Translations under genes and position numbers: made by a program
IMG/VR virus record: IMGVR_UViG_3300028840_001835
Direction: 5' to 3' (one strand)
Source of the DNA: a virus
Lineage: Duplodnaviria > Caudoviricetes
DNA length: 64,000 bases
In this document: in pieces, positions 35,115-44,549 of the stretch
Position numbering within the stretch: position 1 is the first letter of the stretch
How the letters are laid out: each line of letters begins with the position of its first letter
The notes under the pieces: generated by a model
Seen by the model: the letters and a program-made list of their open reading frames with translations, nothing else
What the model was told of the DNA's origin: nothing
The model's database searches: none

Positions 35115-35248
35115 CTACATATGAGGGTCCCATGCCCACGGACCCATCGGTTACGCCGCCAGGCAACCAAGGGAAGAGATTATACGTCAATACATCCTCA
35201 CTAATAATCCCTTCCCTAAAACAACCATTTAGATGAAAGGAAATTGAA

Positions 35249-35644
35249 ATGTTTTCATTTATAGTTCCGGGGTTCATAGCATGGGTTACTATTATTGCTG
35301 CCTTTTTATTTTTAGTGTCATTCTTGACACGAAACAATAAGTCATTATCTGATGTCTTTTTTGCATTAAGTCTTGTAACAATAGCCTTTTGCACTATCAT
35401 TGGGATAGTATCTAATCATCACAAGATACATAGGGTTTATTATCCAGTAGAGATCGTAAGGTCTCAGACAGCCATAATGCTTAGGGATACGGATGACAAA
35501 TTTGTTAGAACAATCGAGATGAAATTTAAAGACGAACCAGATTCATTGTTATGTATCAAACATCGTAAGGCCTATAGTCCCCTTGGCGTAAATACGATAG
35601 ATGAGAAAACAGTTGTCTTTTGCGATGTATTTGGAGGCGAATAA
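35249..35644 (+). CDS. Membrane protein (2 TM + soluble domain)
   Basis: Same layout as the next two ORFs. Confidence 0.65.
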   Translation: MFSFIVPGFIAWVTIIAAFLFLVSFLTRNNKSLSDVFFALSLVTIAFCTIIGIVSNHHKIHRVYYPVEIVRSQTAIMLRDTDDKFVRTIEMKFKDEPDSLLCIKHRKAYSPLGVNTIDEKTVVFCDVFGGE

Positions 35645-36069
35645 TGTTCGTCGGTGAGTTTTTTGCAATTGGATTCTTTTTTACCTTTGGAGCCATATTT
35701 TGTTTTGAGGGTATTCTATTTATTTTCGGACTTCTATTCGACTCTGACAATCTTTCCTTATTTGTGGTGCTCTCATTTCTTGTTACGCTTGTAATCTTTA
35801 TAGTTTGGTCGACTGAAGATAATAGAAGGGCAACTCGGTTACTGGAGGGTGAGAACGTATGGAGAACCAAACATAATATTTACGTAGAGAAGAAAGGTAT
35901 AGTCGTCGGAACGGTTGACATGGCGTTTGTCGATTTGCATGATAGTTCATTCTGTATTGAAAGTAGTCTTGATTATACATATTGGGGATATACAAATAAA
36001 AAACCAAAGTACAATGTCATTAAATGTCCGGAGGAATGGACGAAAGGAGAACAGGATGTTTGTAGGTGA
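35644..36069 (+). CDS. Membrane protein, paralog of next ORF
   Basis: MFVGEFF start; D..FCI...Y..WGY.N. Confidence 0.7.
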   Translation: MFVGEFFAIGFFFTFGAIFCFEGILFIFGLLFDSDNLSLFVVLSFLVTLVIFIVWSTEDNRRATRLLEGENVWRTKHNIYVEKKGIVVGTVDMAFVDLHDSSFCIESSLDYTYWGYTNKKPKYNVIKCPEEWTKGEQDVCR

Positions 36070-36457
36070 GTATTTCATACTAGGGTACTTCATCGGTTGG
36101 GGACTCGGTATACTTGCGTTTATTGCTCTAGCATTACTTATCTCTATTTTAACTGATGCAGGGGAACCTGTTGCGATAGGTATATTGGTTGGTACATTCT
36201 GGTTTTTTGGAATCACCATGAACGGATTGGTCTCAGAAAAGACAGAGAACTCCAGATTATTGCCAGCACATAATGTGATGAGGTCAGATTTTCAAATTGT
36301 CGTGGAGCATGAAGAGGTATCCGTCTCAACAGATGAGATACGATTTACCATCGAACCTGACTCAAATCTCTGCATAAAACAGTCGGTCTGGTTCAATCAT
36401 TTTGGATATAACAACGAAGAACCTGTAAATGAAGTTCATAAATGCGATTCTTTCTAA
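36056..36457 (+). CDS. Membrane protein, paralog of previous ORF
   Basis: MFVGEYF start; DSNLCI...FGYNN. Confidence 0.7.
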   Translation: MFVGEYFILGYFIGWGLGILAFIALALLISILTDAGEPVAIGILVGTFWFFGITMNGLVSEKTENSRLLPAHNVMRSDFQIVVEHEEVSVSTDEIRFTIEPDSNLCIKQSVWFNHFGYNNEEPVNEVHKCDSF

Positions 36458-36517
36458 CCCGTGTCGGCGGTTTTAAAGGTGGTTTAAGGCCGTCAAATTC
36501 TGGGCGTTTTACGAAAC

Positions 36518-36525
36518 TATAAATA
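36518..36525 (+). promoter_or_regulatory. Late promoter TATAAATA
   Basis: Exact match 40 nt upstream of the 36565 ORF. Confidence 0.6.
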
Positions 36526-36551
36526 GAAAAAAGGGGCGCTACGGCGCCCCA
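36526..36551 (-). terminator. Intrinsic terminator for leftward transcription
   Basis: GGGGCGC-CGTA-GCGCCCC followed by TTTTTT on the minus strand. Confidence 0.65.
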
Positions 36552-36564
36552 TACTGATGAAGAG

Positions 36565-36909
36565 GTGGTTATGAATAACAAGATCATATTTACATTCCTG
36601 AAATGCTCAGGAAATCCCGAAGAGAGTATACTGACCAATGTATCAATTGTCCAAATTCAGGAGAGAGGAATACAGGTCAAAAAGAATTATCCTATTCCAA
36701 AGATACTTCATAAAAAGTTCTACATGAACAAATTTGTAAAGCACCTGGAAGGCCATCTTAATAATCTTTTGATGGATGGTGGACAACTCCTATTGGCCAT
36801 GAAGTCAAAGGACGAGTTCCCTAGGGCCCTCGCCTTGTTCCTCTATAGGATTCAATCTACTTTTAAGGGGAAAATTGATGGTGTTATTTGTGGTGTCGAG
36901 GACGTCTGA
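36565..36909 (+). CDS. Hypothetical late protein
   Basis: 114-aa ORF, SD GAGGTG, own late promoter. Confidence 0.6.
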   Translation: MVMNNKIIFTFLKCSGNPEESILTNVSIVQIQERGIQVKKNYPIPKILHKKFYMNKFVKHLEGHLNNLLMDGGQLLLAMKSKDEFPRALALFLYRIQSTFKGKIDGVICGVEDV

Positions 36910-37365
36910 TTACTTGTTACGCCACGAGTCCTCAAACATATAACACAGTGCTGGTCTATCATTCCAGTGTTGAGCACTAAACCTATCAATCTCTTCCTCA
37001 GTAAGTGCTTTGATAGGTATATCGGCATTACCAAAAAACTTAACTTTGTAATTGGCCAACTCACGTATGGCCTTTATCTGTTTCGGGTCTCTCATAAGAA
37101 CAAGGGCCTTTGCAGGATTGGTCCGAATCTGTTCTATCCTATCCATCGCCCATTTTGCCTTATAGTCACCCGTCCAGAAAATAATAGGTTTCGTTATCTG
37201 CTTGGATAACTGAAGATATAGATAATACCTTCTTTTCTTAATCTCTTTGATTTGGGATGCAACATCCCTCCAACCAAATGGTGTTTTTTGACGTTTGCAT
37301 CCAATGATTTTCTGGCCAATGATTGTATGATAACCCAGACCGAAGAATTCCACCTCACACTTCAT
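36910..37365 (-). CDS. Family B paralog
   Basis: EVEFFG...YYLYL...PIIFW...KVKFFG.ADIPI. Confidence 0.7.
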   Translation of the reverse strand: MKCEVEFFGLGYHTIIGQKIIGCKRQKTPFGWRDVASQIKEIKKRRYYLYLQLSKQITKPIIFWTGDYKAKWAMDRIEQIRTNPAKALVLMRDPKQIKAIRELANYKVKFFGNADIPIKALTEEEIDRFSAQHWNDRPALCYMFEDSWRNK

Positions 37366-37903
37366 TGTTGCCTCCTTTTATAAACTTAAGGAATTCCTTG
37401 AATCTTTCCTTGTTAAAGGCCAACTTCATTTCGGCCACATAGAAAGTCTTTCCATCTGAACCCTTTTGACTATAGGCTCGGGTCCCGGAGTTTAGTCTAA
37501 CATATGATTCAGTAGATGATATCTTTACATGATCAATTTTCATCTCATCTAATAGACCTTGTAGTTCTATTAACAATATATTGTTTACCTTTTCCTCTCT
37601 CTCAGCCTTCTGTTTCTTTAACTGAAGTATCTTTATACTTTCATATATGGCCTTCTTGACAGCCTGTATGTACTGTTCATCTGAGTTGTAGTTATTAGAA
37701 CAGACTATAGTGTTGTTACCAGGACGCCAAACTTTGACCATATCTTCATAGATAACAAACTCGACAGCAGTCTTGGTACCACCAATATAGGGGAGAATGA
37801 TTTCTCCCCTTTTATCGTGCTTCATCTTAACGCCATGGAATCTACTCTTTATAACGTTAATTAATTTCTTCTCCCTATTCTTCATACTTGAATACACCTG
37901 CAT
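37355..37903 (-). CDS. Hypothetical protein
   Basis: 182-aa ORF with central coiled coil. Confidence 0.65.
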   Translation of the reverse strand: MQVYSSMKNREKKLINVIKSRFHGVKMKHDKRGEIILPYIGGTKTAVEFVIYEDMVKVWRPGNNTIVCSNNYNSDEQYIQAVKKAIYESIKILQLKKQKAEREEKVNNILLIELQGLLDEMKIDHVKISSTESYVRLNSGTRAYSQKGSDGKTFYVAEMKLAFNKERFKEFLKFIKGGNNEV

Positions 37904-38633
37904 TGATGAATCCCGTGATAATCTCCTTTAATTGAAATTTATCAAGGGAGAGTTCCAGACCGGAGTATCTAGCCGGAAGCCGGATATAGGTCTCGTATCG
38001 TGTACCCTCTTTAAGATCCCTTGGTGTGATCTTTATAGATAACTGTTTTCGAGAGTCCTTCTTGATGGCGTCCTTAGAACCTTTTATTCTAAGTTCACCC
38101 TCATCGATCTCTACATTGAAACCTATGTCGGCCGAGACCTTTCCTGCGAGAGCCATAAGGGCAAACTCATCTTTCTTCTTTTGGATGGCTGCCTGTTTCT
38201 CCATCTCGGCCTTGGTCTCTGCAAACTTCTCAATAGACTCGATCAACTTACTGACATTCAACCTACCCTTGGTCTTTTTCTTCTCTGAGATCCTGAGATA
38301 TTTATCCTTGTCGGCCGTACCAAAATCATATTCGCTTCGTGCGACCATGACCTTAATCCTCGAGCAAGAACGGTAATAAGAATTTGGTTCACTAACCCTA
38401 TCAAACCTCAAAAACACTGTGGCGTTCTTAACCGTTAGTTTCCCTCTACTCTCATCATACTTGGGACCATACTTACCCTTAAAGAAGGCCTTGACTTTTT
38501 GCTTACGACCGCCGTAACCATCGTCATCAGTAAACTCGATGTAGGTATGCTTATAGGTATGTAATAGTTTTATCACCAACTCTGGTTCTTTTGTTTTGGA
38601 CATTAGAATCTCCTTTCTCTGGATTGCCTTCAT
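37875..38633 (-). CDS. Hypothetical protein
   Basis: 252-aa basic ORF with central coiled coil. Confidence 0.7.
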   Translation of the reverse strand: MKAIQRKEILMSKTKEPELVIKLLHTYKHTYIEFTDDDGYGGRKQKVKAFFKGKYGPKYDESRGKLTVKNATVFLRFDRVSEPNSYYRSCSRIKVMVARSEYDFGTADKDKYLRISEKKKTKGRLNVSKLIESIEKFAETKAEMEKQAAIQKKKDEFALMALAGKVSADIGFNVEIDEGELRIKGSKDAIKKDSRKQLSIKITPRDLKEGTRYETYIRLPARYSGLELSLDKFQLKEIITGFINAGVFKYEE

Positions 38634-38661
38634 TTAAAATTTATAAAAACCCAAAGATTTG

Positions 38662-39114
38662 TCAAACTTTTTTGTTCTCTTTTTCCAAAAAGTCGACCAT
38701 CATATTGAAGGTTCTTGTCCTAAGGAGTACAGTTGAGGAAATCACCAAACCAAAAGGCCATAGAGTTGTTGCCAACATTGAAAACCCTAACAAGGTAAAT
38801 AACCATCTTGATATGGTATCAAAAAATCCGGAGGCGCCCTCTGCGTTTAAATACTTTTCAAATAACTGTTTGGTTTTCTCTATTAACTCCTCAGTTATAT
38901 CTGCAGAGGAGTTTTTGACTCTTATTATTTCCGTTAGACTTCTCCAGACAAATACATGAATAAAGAAAAACACCATACATGATACCGAATGAATTATGAG
39001 TAATGTTAGACAGAGGCCTGTAGCAAAAGGTGATAGTGGAACACTAAACACAATACTAAACACATAGGCCAGCATCAGCAGATTAATAAGTATTATGATC
39101 TTTTTATTTATCAT
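38662..39114 (-). CDS. Multi-pass membrane protein
   Basis: About 4 hydrophobic segments. Confidence 0.65.
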   Translation of the reverse strand: MINKKIIILINLLMLAYVFSIVFSVPLSPFATGLCLTLLIIHSVSCMVFFFIHVFVWRSLTEIIRVKNSSADITEELIEKTKQLFEKYLNAEGASGFFDTISRWLFTLLGFSMLATTLWPFGLVISSTVLLRTRTFNMMVDFLEKENKKV

Positions 39115-39695
39115 TCTTTGTTTAAAACTATGCCAGTTGAATTACTATTGGAGTAGAACTTTGGTTTATTTGCAAACTCCTTCTCCTGGATCGCATCAAA
39201 GAACTTCTGAACGTCATCAATAGACGTTTGTTTCTCCTTCTTCTTTCCGCCGGTTTGCCAGATGGCTTTTTCGGCCTCATGTGCCTTTTCATTAAACTCC
39301 TCAACCTTGTTAAGAAGATCCAGCCAGGTTGAATATTGAGCAAAGTTGGTCTGTGGAACTTCATCCAGAAACATACTCGCCTTGGTCTCAGCAAAACTTC
39401 TAACATCAGGATGAACCTCTCGACCAAGATTGACTGCACAGACTGACTTGTTTCTGGAGGTTTCAAATATTTGTCTGGCAACCTCGGAACTACAACCTTT
39501 TCTATTCCACTTCCAGCTGAACGCCCCTTTCTTGTCAAACTCAATTATAAACTCTATATCACAAGACCCTTTTGTTGTTCCATTCTTTACGGTTGGAAAG
39601 AAATGTAACTTTATACTCTGTGCCGATATCTTTACCTTCTCAATCTGTTTCTTTTTTGCCTTTGGTTTGGGTGTGATGTTTTTTGCCATATACAT
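39111..39695 (-). CDS. Hypothetical protein
   Basis: 194-aa ORF. Confidence 0.65.
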   Translation of the reverse strand: MYMAKNITPKPKAKKKQIEKVKISAQSIKLHFFPTVKNGTTKGSCDIEFIIEFDKKGAFSWKWNRKGCSSEVARQIFETSRNKSVCAVNLGREVHPDVRSFAETKASMFLDEVPQTNFAQYSTWLDLLNKVEEFNEKAHEAEKAIWQTGGKKKEKQTSIDDVQKFFDAIQEKEFANKPKFYSNSNSTGIVLNKE

Positions 39696-39706
39696 ATCTC
39701 CAATTA

Positions 39707-40099
39707 TTATTTTATTTTCTTTTTGAACCTGACAAACTCTTTTTTAAAGTTATCACGAACCTCATTAAACACCCGTGACTCATTAATATATTTAATGATT
39801 ATATTTCCTGGATTCTTTGGTGTCATGTCAGGAAACATATCTATCTTTAATTTTGCGAGAAAGCCTAGTGTTGTATTGTCTTTATTTATCAGGGCGGTAC
39901 CCTTGTCAGATATTATCTTAAAGGCGATCTCCAATTCATTCACATGAATCTTTCTACCAAACAACTGAATATGTTTACCACCAAAATCAGCAAGAAGATA
40001 AAACCCGACAACATCACTATCCTTTGGCGGTCTTACCATATCTATACAGGTGATATCCACCCATAGATTATTACAGAATACCTGTTCTCTGTTGTTCAT
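39707..40099 (-). CDS. Family B paralog (divergent)
   Basis: FYLLADFGG...ALINKD...LAKLKIDMFP. Confidence 0.6.
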   Translation of the reverse strand: MNNREQVFCNNLWVDITCIDMVRPPKDSDVVGFYLLADFGGKHIQLFGRKIHVNELEIAFKIISDKGTALINKDNTTLGFLAKLKIDMFPDMTPKNPGNIIIKYINESRVFNEVRDNFKKEFVRFKKKIK

Positions 40100-40524
40100 A
40101 CCTTTTTCTTGAACATATCAAACTTTTTATTAAATATCTTGATCTCATCTTGCCATTTATCATTAAGCTCCTTGCCCGCCTTAGTAAGATGGATGAGCTC
40201 CTTTATACAGTTGATTGGAATGGAATCTGGAAAATGGTTAACCTTTAATTTTGCCAACTCACCAAGATCCTTATCGTCCTTGAATAACAAGGCCTTCTCC
40301 TTCTTAGTGATGACCTCAAGCACATCACCCAATCTGGATGTAAGAAACTTCTTTTTATACATGATGTTTGGCACCTTATCTATCTTATAACAGACAGCAA
40401 TCTCCGTCATTGAGCTTGACTCCAACTTTAGATCGGTACCTACCAGATCAATGTACATCCGTTTACAGATGATTGTATATTTGGGCATTAGACCTCTCTC
40501 TTTGTGCCATGTATCCATTTGCAA
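40096..40524 (-). CDS. Family B paralog (divergent)
   Basis: ALLFKD...LAKLKVNHFP..IPI. Confidence 0.55.
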   Translation of the reverse strand: MQMDTWHKERGLMPKYTIICKRMYIDLVGTDLKLESSSMTEIAVCYKIDKVPNIMYKKKFLTSRLGDVLEVITKKEKALLFKDDKDLGELAKLKVNHFPDSIPINCIKELIHLTKAGKELNDKWQDEIKIFNKKFDMFKKKV

Positions 40525-41783
40525 GTCGGAAATCTTAGAGAGACCTTACCCTCTTTGTTTCTTGACTCCTCAAAATATTGAACAGTGATCATCTTACCAA
40601 CTATCAGTTTTGGATCGTGATAACAATTCACACGCTGTTCAATTGTGAATCCTGAGCCAACACTAACCCTCTCACCTTTATGCTCTATTATGACATTGGT
40701 CATACATTCGGTGATCTCCTGACCCTGACCCTTGATTGTATGCTGAAAAGGTCCTGTCTCAATGTCAAGCACCTTGTACTCGGCATCATAAAACTTCTTG
40801 ACCTTAAGAAGATCATTAGACCTCTTGCCCTTGTATCCACTATCCTTTCTGAGCATAAGACCCTCCCATCCTTTCTTGGCAGACTCATCCTGTAATCTGG
40901 CAAAGGACTTCTCTGTGAGTTTTTCCTGTTCAAGAAATGATATGGTCTTGAAACTCTTACCCTTAAAGGCAGACTTCAATGTCGCAAGTCTGGCACTAAG
41001 ATTTGTATTGCCTGCCTTGTTATCAAATTCATCTTCAGTGAGAACATCAAATACCTTGAACATTGGGTTCTCGATGGTGTAATCCTTCTTCCTTATCAGC
41101 TTCATGATCGACTGAAAATCCTCATCGCCGTTTTCATCCATTATACAAATCTCTCCGTCAAGGACAAAGTCTCCGCCAATGCGTAACTTCTGAAGTTCTG
41201 GAATCAGGTTATCAAGTGTATAAAAAGGTTTGCCCTTCCTTGAAAAGAACAGGAAGCCGTTACCCTTCTTCATAACTATACATCTGCAACCGTCGAGCTT
41301 TCGGCTAACCAACCAAGAACCATCAAACGTGACATGCTTGGCTGTCTTTTTATCATATGGATAAGCCAGCGCCACATCAAATGTCGGAATGGTATTTGGT
41401 AAGGCCTTGTTTATTGTAGATGAAGAAATGCCAACATTAAGATTCCTTCCAAGTATGTTCTCAATAATCTCCTGAGACTCCTCATCAAAACCGTTTAGTA
41501 AAACCTCGATCTCATTTAAGGCATCATGACCTCTAACAGACCTAGCAGATAGCCTGGATAAAAGATCCTCAACAACCTTAAAATCTTTAGGATTGTCTAT
41601 AGACCTCTTTCCGACCTCTGTGGGTTCTGGAATCTGCTTGGCATAAAAGTTCAGTTGTTTGTTATAAGTCCACTTCAGAATCTTTACAAGAACCTTATTG
41701 GAGGCGTTATCACTAAGGATCTCCTCCTTGTCTAACTTACTGGCCGTATTCTCCAGTTCGTCAAGTATATCAACTATTCTCAT
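40488..41783 (-). CDS. ATP-dependent DNA ligase (T4 gp30-like)
   Basis: SRKLDG (motif I), VLDGEI, EGLMLR, LLKVK, SLRFP. Confidence 0.95.
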   Translation of the reverse strand: MRIVDILDELENTASKLDKEEILSDNASNKVLVKILKWTYNKQLNFYAKQIPEPTEVGKRSIDNPKDFKVVEDLLSRLSARSVRGHDALNEIEVLLNGFDEESQEIIENILGRNLNVGISSSTINKALPNTIPTFDVALAYPYDKKTAKHVTFDGSWLVSRKLDGCRCIVMKKGNGFLFFSRKGKPFYTLDNLIPELQKLRIGGDFVLDGEICIMDENGDEDFQSIMKLIRKKDYTIENPMFKVFDVLTEDEFDNKAGNTNLSARLATLKSAFKGKSFKTISFLEQEKLTEKSFARLQDESAKKGWEGLMLRKDSGYKGKRSNDLLKVKKFYDAEYKVLDIETGPFQHTIKGQGQEITECMTNVIIEHKGERVSVGSGFTIEQRVNCYHDPKLIVGKMITVQYFEESRNKEGKVSLRFPTCKWIHGTKREV

Positions 41784-42322
41784 GCTTTTCTCCCGCTGAG
41801 TGCTGTGGAAAAAGTTTCATCTGTTCCGACCTTGGAGTCTTTTATAACATCGGTCAGGAACTTATCGACAAAATCCTTGGTGAACCGAAACACACTATCA
41901 TCCCCGGCCTTATCTATCTTACCTGAGATGTGCAAGGTCTCGATCTTGTTCTTCTGAATGAAGTCGACCATCATCCTTGGGGAGCTTGGTGACTGGATGG
42001 AGATATTAAATATGGGCTTTCTCGCCCTATCGCACATATCTCTCACAAACTGTTCCGGTTTTGTTATGTCATTCTCAGACCCTATGAACAGTACAGTTCC
42101 CTGGGAGTTCTCAATGTTCTGCGCAACGGCGTGCGGAAACTTCTCGGTCTTCATCTCTGTCAATCCAAAGACCTTCAGCTTGGGCTGATCACCATGCGCA
42201 GTTCTATAATCCTTTGGTATAAAACCGCCCGTCGGACAATCCTTCAAAAAAGCCGCCGCCAGAGCTCCCTGCTCTGCACCTTCCTGTCCACTATTCACAA
42301 TCTTCTTTAAACAAAGGTTCAT
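41780..42322 (-). CDS. SLOG-superfamily 'putative molybdenum carrier'-type protein
   Basis: KIVNSGQEGAEQGALAAA...TGGFIPK...NIENSQGT. Confidence 0.75.
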   Translation of the reverse strand: MNLCLKKIVNSGQEGAEQGALAAAFLKDCPTGGFIPKDYRTAHGDQPKLKVFGLTEMKTEKFPHAVAQNIENSQGTVLFIGSENDITKPEQFVRDMCDRARKPIFNISIQSPSSPRMMVDFIQKNKIETLHISGKIDKAGDDSVFRFTKDFVDKFLTDVIKDSKVGTDETFSTALSGRKA

Positions 42323-42358
42323 GATCTATCCTTTCATTCTGTGGTACTTTTCGATTAA

Positions 42359-42386
42359 AATGTAGTAAATATTTTTACTTTGTCAA
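42359..42386 (-). promoter_or_regulatory. Sigma70-type early promoter
   Basis: TTGACA-N16-TACATT. Confidence 0.65.
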
Positions 42387-42944
42387 GTTGTTTTTTTTGA
42401 CGAATCGGTCCCTGGTCTTTTTATCCCAGGAATGAAAGTAGGTATAAAACCTCTTCTCTGAACATTGATTTGGAGAATGGAATCTCTCCTTCACCCATTC
42501 AAACCTCTCATTATCAATTAGGCCTAAACAGTACGGGTTTATAATATAAATGCAAAGTATATCGGCCAGCTCCTCATCATAGTTATCACTGGACTGTGGT
42601 GTTAGGTAACAATGTTGATTAGAAAATCCTGCCTTCCTGTATTGTTTTATTAGGTCTGTCTTATGATTTATTAGGTGGGCGTACTCATGTATAAGAACAG
42701 AGAAAAGACTATAATCCTCAGGATGCCCAATTCTAACAGGATCGTTCTCATCGAAGTTAAGTGGATTGATGTATATGTTGGTATCTTCTGGATGTTTATC
42801 GACACGGACGAATCCGAGAAACTTTGAATTAAAGTTGAATTTAATTTCAACCTTAAATGAAAGAAGGTTCCTCTTCTGGAACCTTTCTATCAGTCTGTAA
42901 GCTCTCTTATAGACCCCTGGTGTATTAACGAGTTCAATCCTCAT
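42375..42944 (-). CDS. HExxH zincin-like metallopeptidase
   Basis: LIHEYAHL with downstream DEELAD. Confidence 0.7.
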   Translation of the reverse strand: MRIELVNTPGVYKRAYRLIERFQKRNLLSFKVEIKFNFNSKFLGFVRVDKHPEDTNIYINPLNFDENDPVRIGHPEDYSLFSVLIHEYAHLINHKTDLIKQYRKAGFSNQHCYLTPQSSDNYDEELADILCIYIINPYCLGLIDNERFEWVKERFHSPNQCSEKRFYTYFHSWDKKTRDRFVKKNNLTK

Positions 42945-42956
42945 GTAACTCCCGGT

Positions 42957-43493
42957 CTATTTGGTCAGCTTCTGTATCTCCTTCCCAATGTCGATCAAGG
43001 ACTTCTTATCGAATTCCTTTTTTAGTTTCTTTTCATCAAATTTCTTCTTGGCCTTCTTTAACGCCTCTATGTATTTCTTCCAGAGCTTGTCTTTCTGCTT
43101 CGGATTTAGTTTACCAACTGTAGTTGACTCCTCAAGGGGTTCCATGTCCATAGTCATTTCCCCTTCATCTCCACCAAATACATCGGTCGTGAATATACGG
43201 AAACTCTGAGCCTCATGTCCAAACATCTGTCCTGCAGGATCGGGTCCTAAATCAAGATACTCGTCCTGATTGCCAGAGAAGGAAATGGTAATGTGGTCGA
43301 CATTCCATCTATGGTTTGTGATAAACTCAGCAAGTGTTCCCTTGGTGATACCAAGTATTTGAACAAACTCGTCAGTGGTGTATTGAACGCCCCAATCAAG
43401 GAGCTCTGCTTCCACGTTGTTATGTATCGCATCGACTATCTGTTGATGTGTAGGAGTGTTCATCTCCTCATTAAGTAGGTGCTTAAACTTCAT
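42957..43493 (-). CDS. Putative internal head protein
   Basis: MKFKHLLNEE capsid-targeting-like start; internal LEE. Confidence 0.6.
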   Translation of the reverse strand: MKFKHLLNEEMNTPTHQQIVDAIHNNVEAELLDWGVQYTTDEFVQILGITKGTLAEFITNHRWNVDHITISFSGNQDEYLDLGPDPAGQMFGHEAQSFRIFTTDVFGGDEGEMTMDMEPLEESTTVGKLNPKQKDKLWKKYIEALKKAKKKFDEKKLKKEFDKKSLIDIGKEIQKLTK

Positions 43494-43506
43494 GTATCTA
43501 CTCCTT

Positions 43507-43734
43507 TTAGTATTTCAGTAGTGCCTTTTTGAAATTGATAATTCCTTTTTGAATATCATCATAAGCCTTACTAGCTGCTTTAAAATGGCGTACCATTTTT
43601 GAATCTTCCTCTGACGCCATTTCGAATCCTGGAAGTATGTCCTCCATAAAATCAATTAGAGGATCTGCTTTCTTTTGAAAATCCTGAGCCTCTTGTTTGT
43701 TCTCACCTAAAAACTCTTTAAATGTATCTGCCAT
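43507..43734 (-). CDS. Putative internal head protein (helical)
   Basis: MADTFKEFLGE. Confidence 0.65.
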   Translation of the reverse strand: MADTFKEFLGENKQEAQDFQKKADPLIDFMEDILPGFEMASEEDSKMVRHFKAASKAYDDIQKGIINFKKALLKY

Positions 43735-43740
43735 GATATT

Positions 43741-43977
43741 CTACTCCCATTTTATTCTACCAACAACCTTCTTGAATTGAGCAAATTGTTTTTGAAGTTT
43801 CTCCCAGCTATTGTCAACTATTTTATAAATTGATCTTAGATTAGGATCCTCATCCTTATCCAGTTCAAGTTCGCCAACTATTGTATCAGCTTGCTCTGCA
43901 AAAGCAGTCCATGCCTTATCGAGTTTCTTAATATCCTCTTTGTCCTCTTTGACGAAATCTTTAAATGTGTCTGCCAT
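43741..43977 (-). CDS. Putative internal head protein (helical)
   Basis: MADTFKDFVKE; late promoter upstream. Confidence 0.65.
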   Translation of the reverse strand: MADTFKDFVKEDKEDIKKLDKAWTAFAEQADTIVGELELDKDEDPNLRSIYKIVDNSWEKLQKQFAQFKKVVGRIKWE

Positions 43978-44003
43978 AATATTCTCCTTTAGGCCTTTTC
44001 ATA

Positions 44004-44011
44004 TATTTATA
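44004..44011 (-). promoter_or_regulatory. Late promoter TATAAATA
   Basis: Exact match. Confidence 0.7.
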
Positions 44012-44014
44012 TTT

Positions 44015-44530
44015 TCAGGTGATCCCCAAGATCCTGAATATCTCGTCAATATGAATAGGTTTGTAACGGGTATTCTCTATAGAAACATTAAACCCACACC
44101 TCACATCGGGGTCCCCATTATTATGGACATGACCATAGAGCAGAATGTCACCGTGGTAATCTGGAAGGGGGAAATGGGACAGAACTATGTCCTTTTCTCT
44201 GTATCGGACTGTGATATTCTGACGGCAATTTGTCGTCAATACATCCTCACTAAATTTGCCCAATCTCTTATCGTGATTTCCGTGAAGAAAATACTTCTCG
44301 CCGTTTAGGGCTTCCCAAATCTTTTTGGCATTTGTTTTTCTTCCGAAAATAAAATCACCTAGAAAGAATATCACGTCCTCATTAGACACAGTTCTGTTCC
44401 AGTTTGCAAATAGTACGGCGTTCATCTCCTCCACGGACTTGAACGGTCTATCACAATATTCAATAATGTTTCTATGAAAAAGATGAAGATCACTTGTAAC
44501 ATAGAAACCTTTTTCATCGATCTCTACCAT
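44015..44530 (-). CDS. Calcineurin-like metallophosphoesterase
   Basis: SDLH, LGDF, GNHD, HFP, GHVH. Confidence 0.9.
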   Translation of the reverse strand: MVEIDEKGFYVTSDLHLFHRNIIEYCDRPFKSVEEMNAVLFANWNRTVSNEDVIFFLGDFIFGRKTNAKKIWEALNGEKYFLHGNHDKRLGKFSEDVLTTNCRQNITVRYREKDIVLSHFPLPDYHGDILLYGHVHNNGDPDVRCGFNVSIENTRYKPIHIDEIFRILGIT

Positions 44531-44549
44531 AAACTATCTTTCAATTGAA

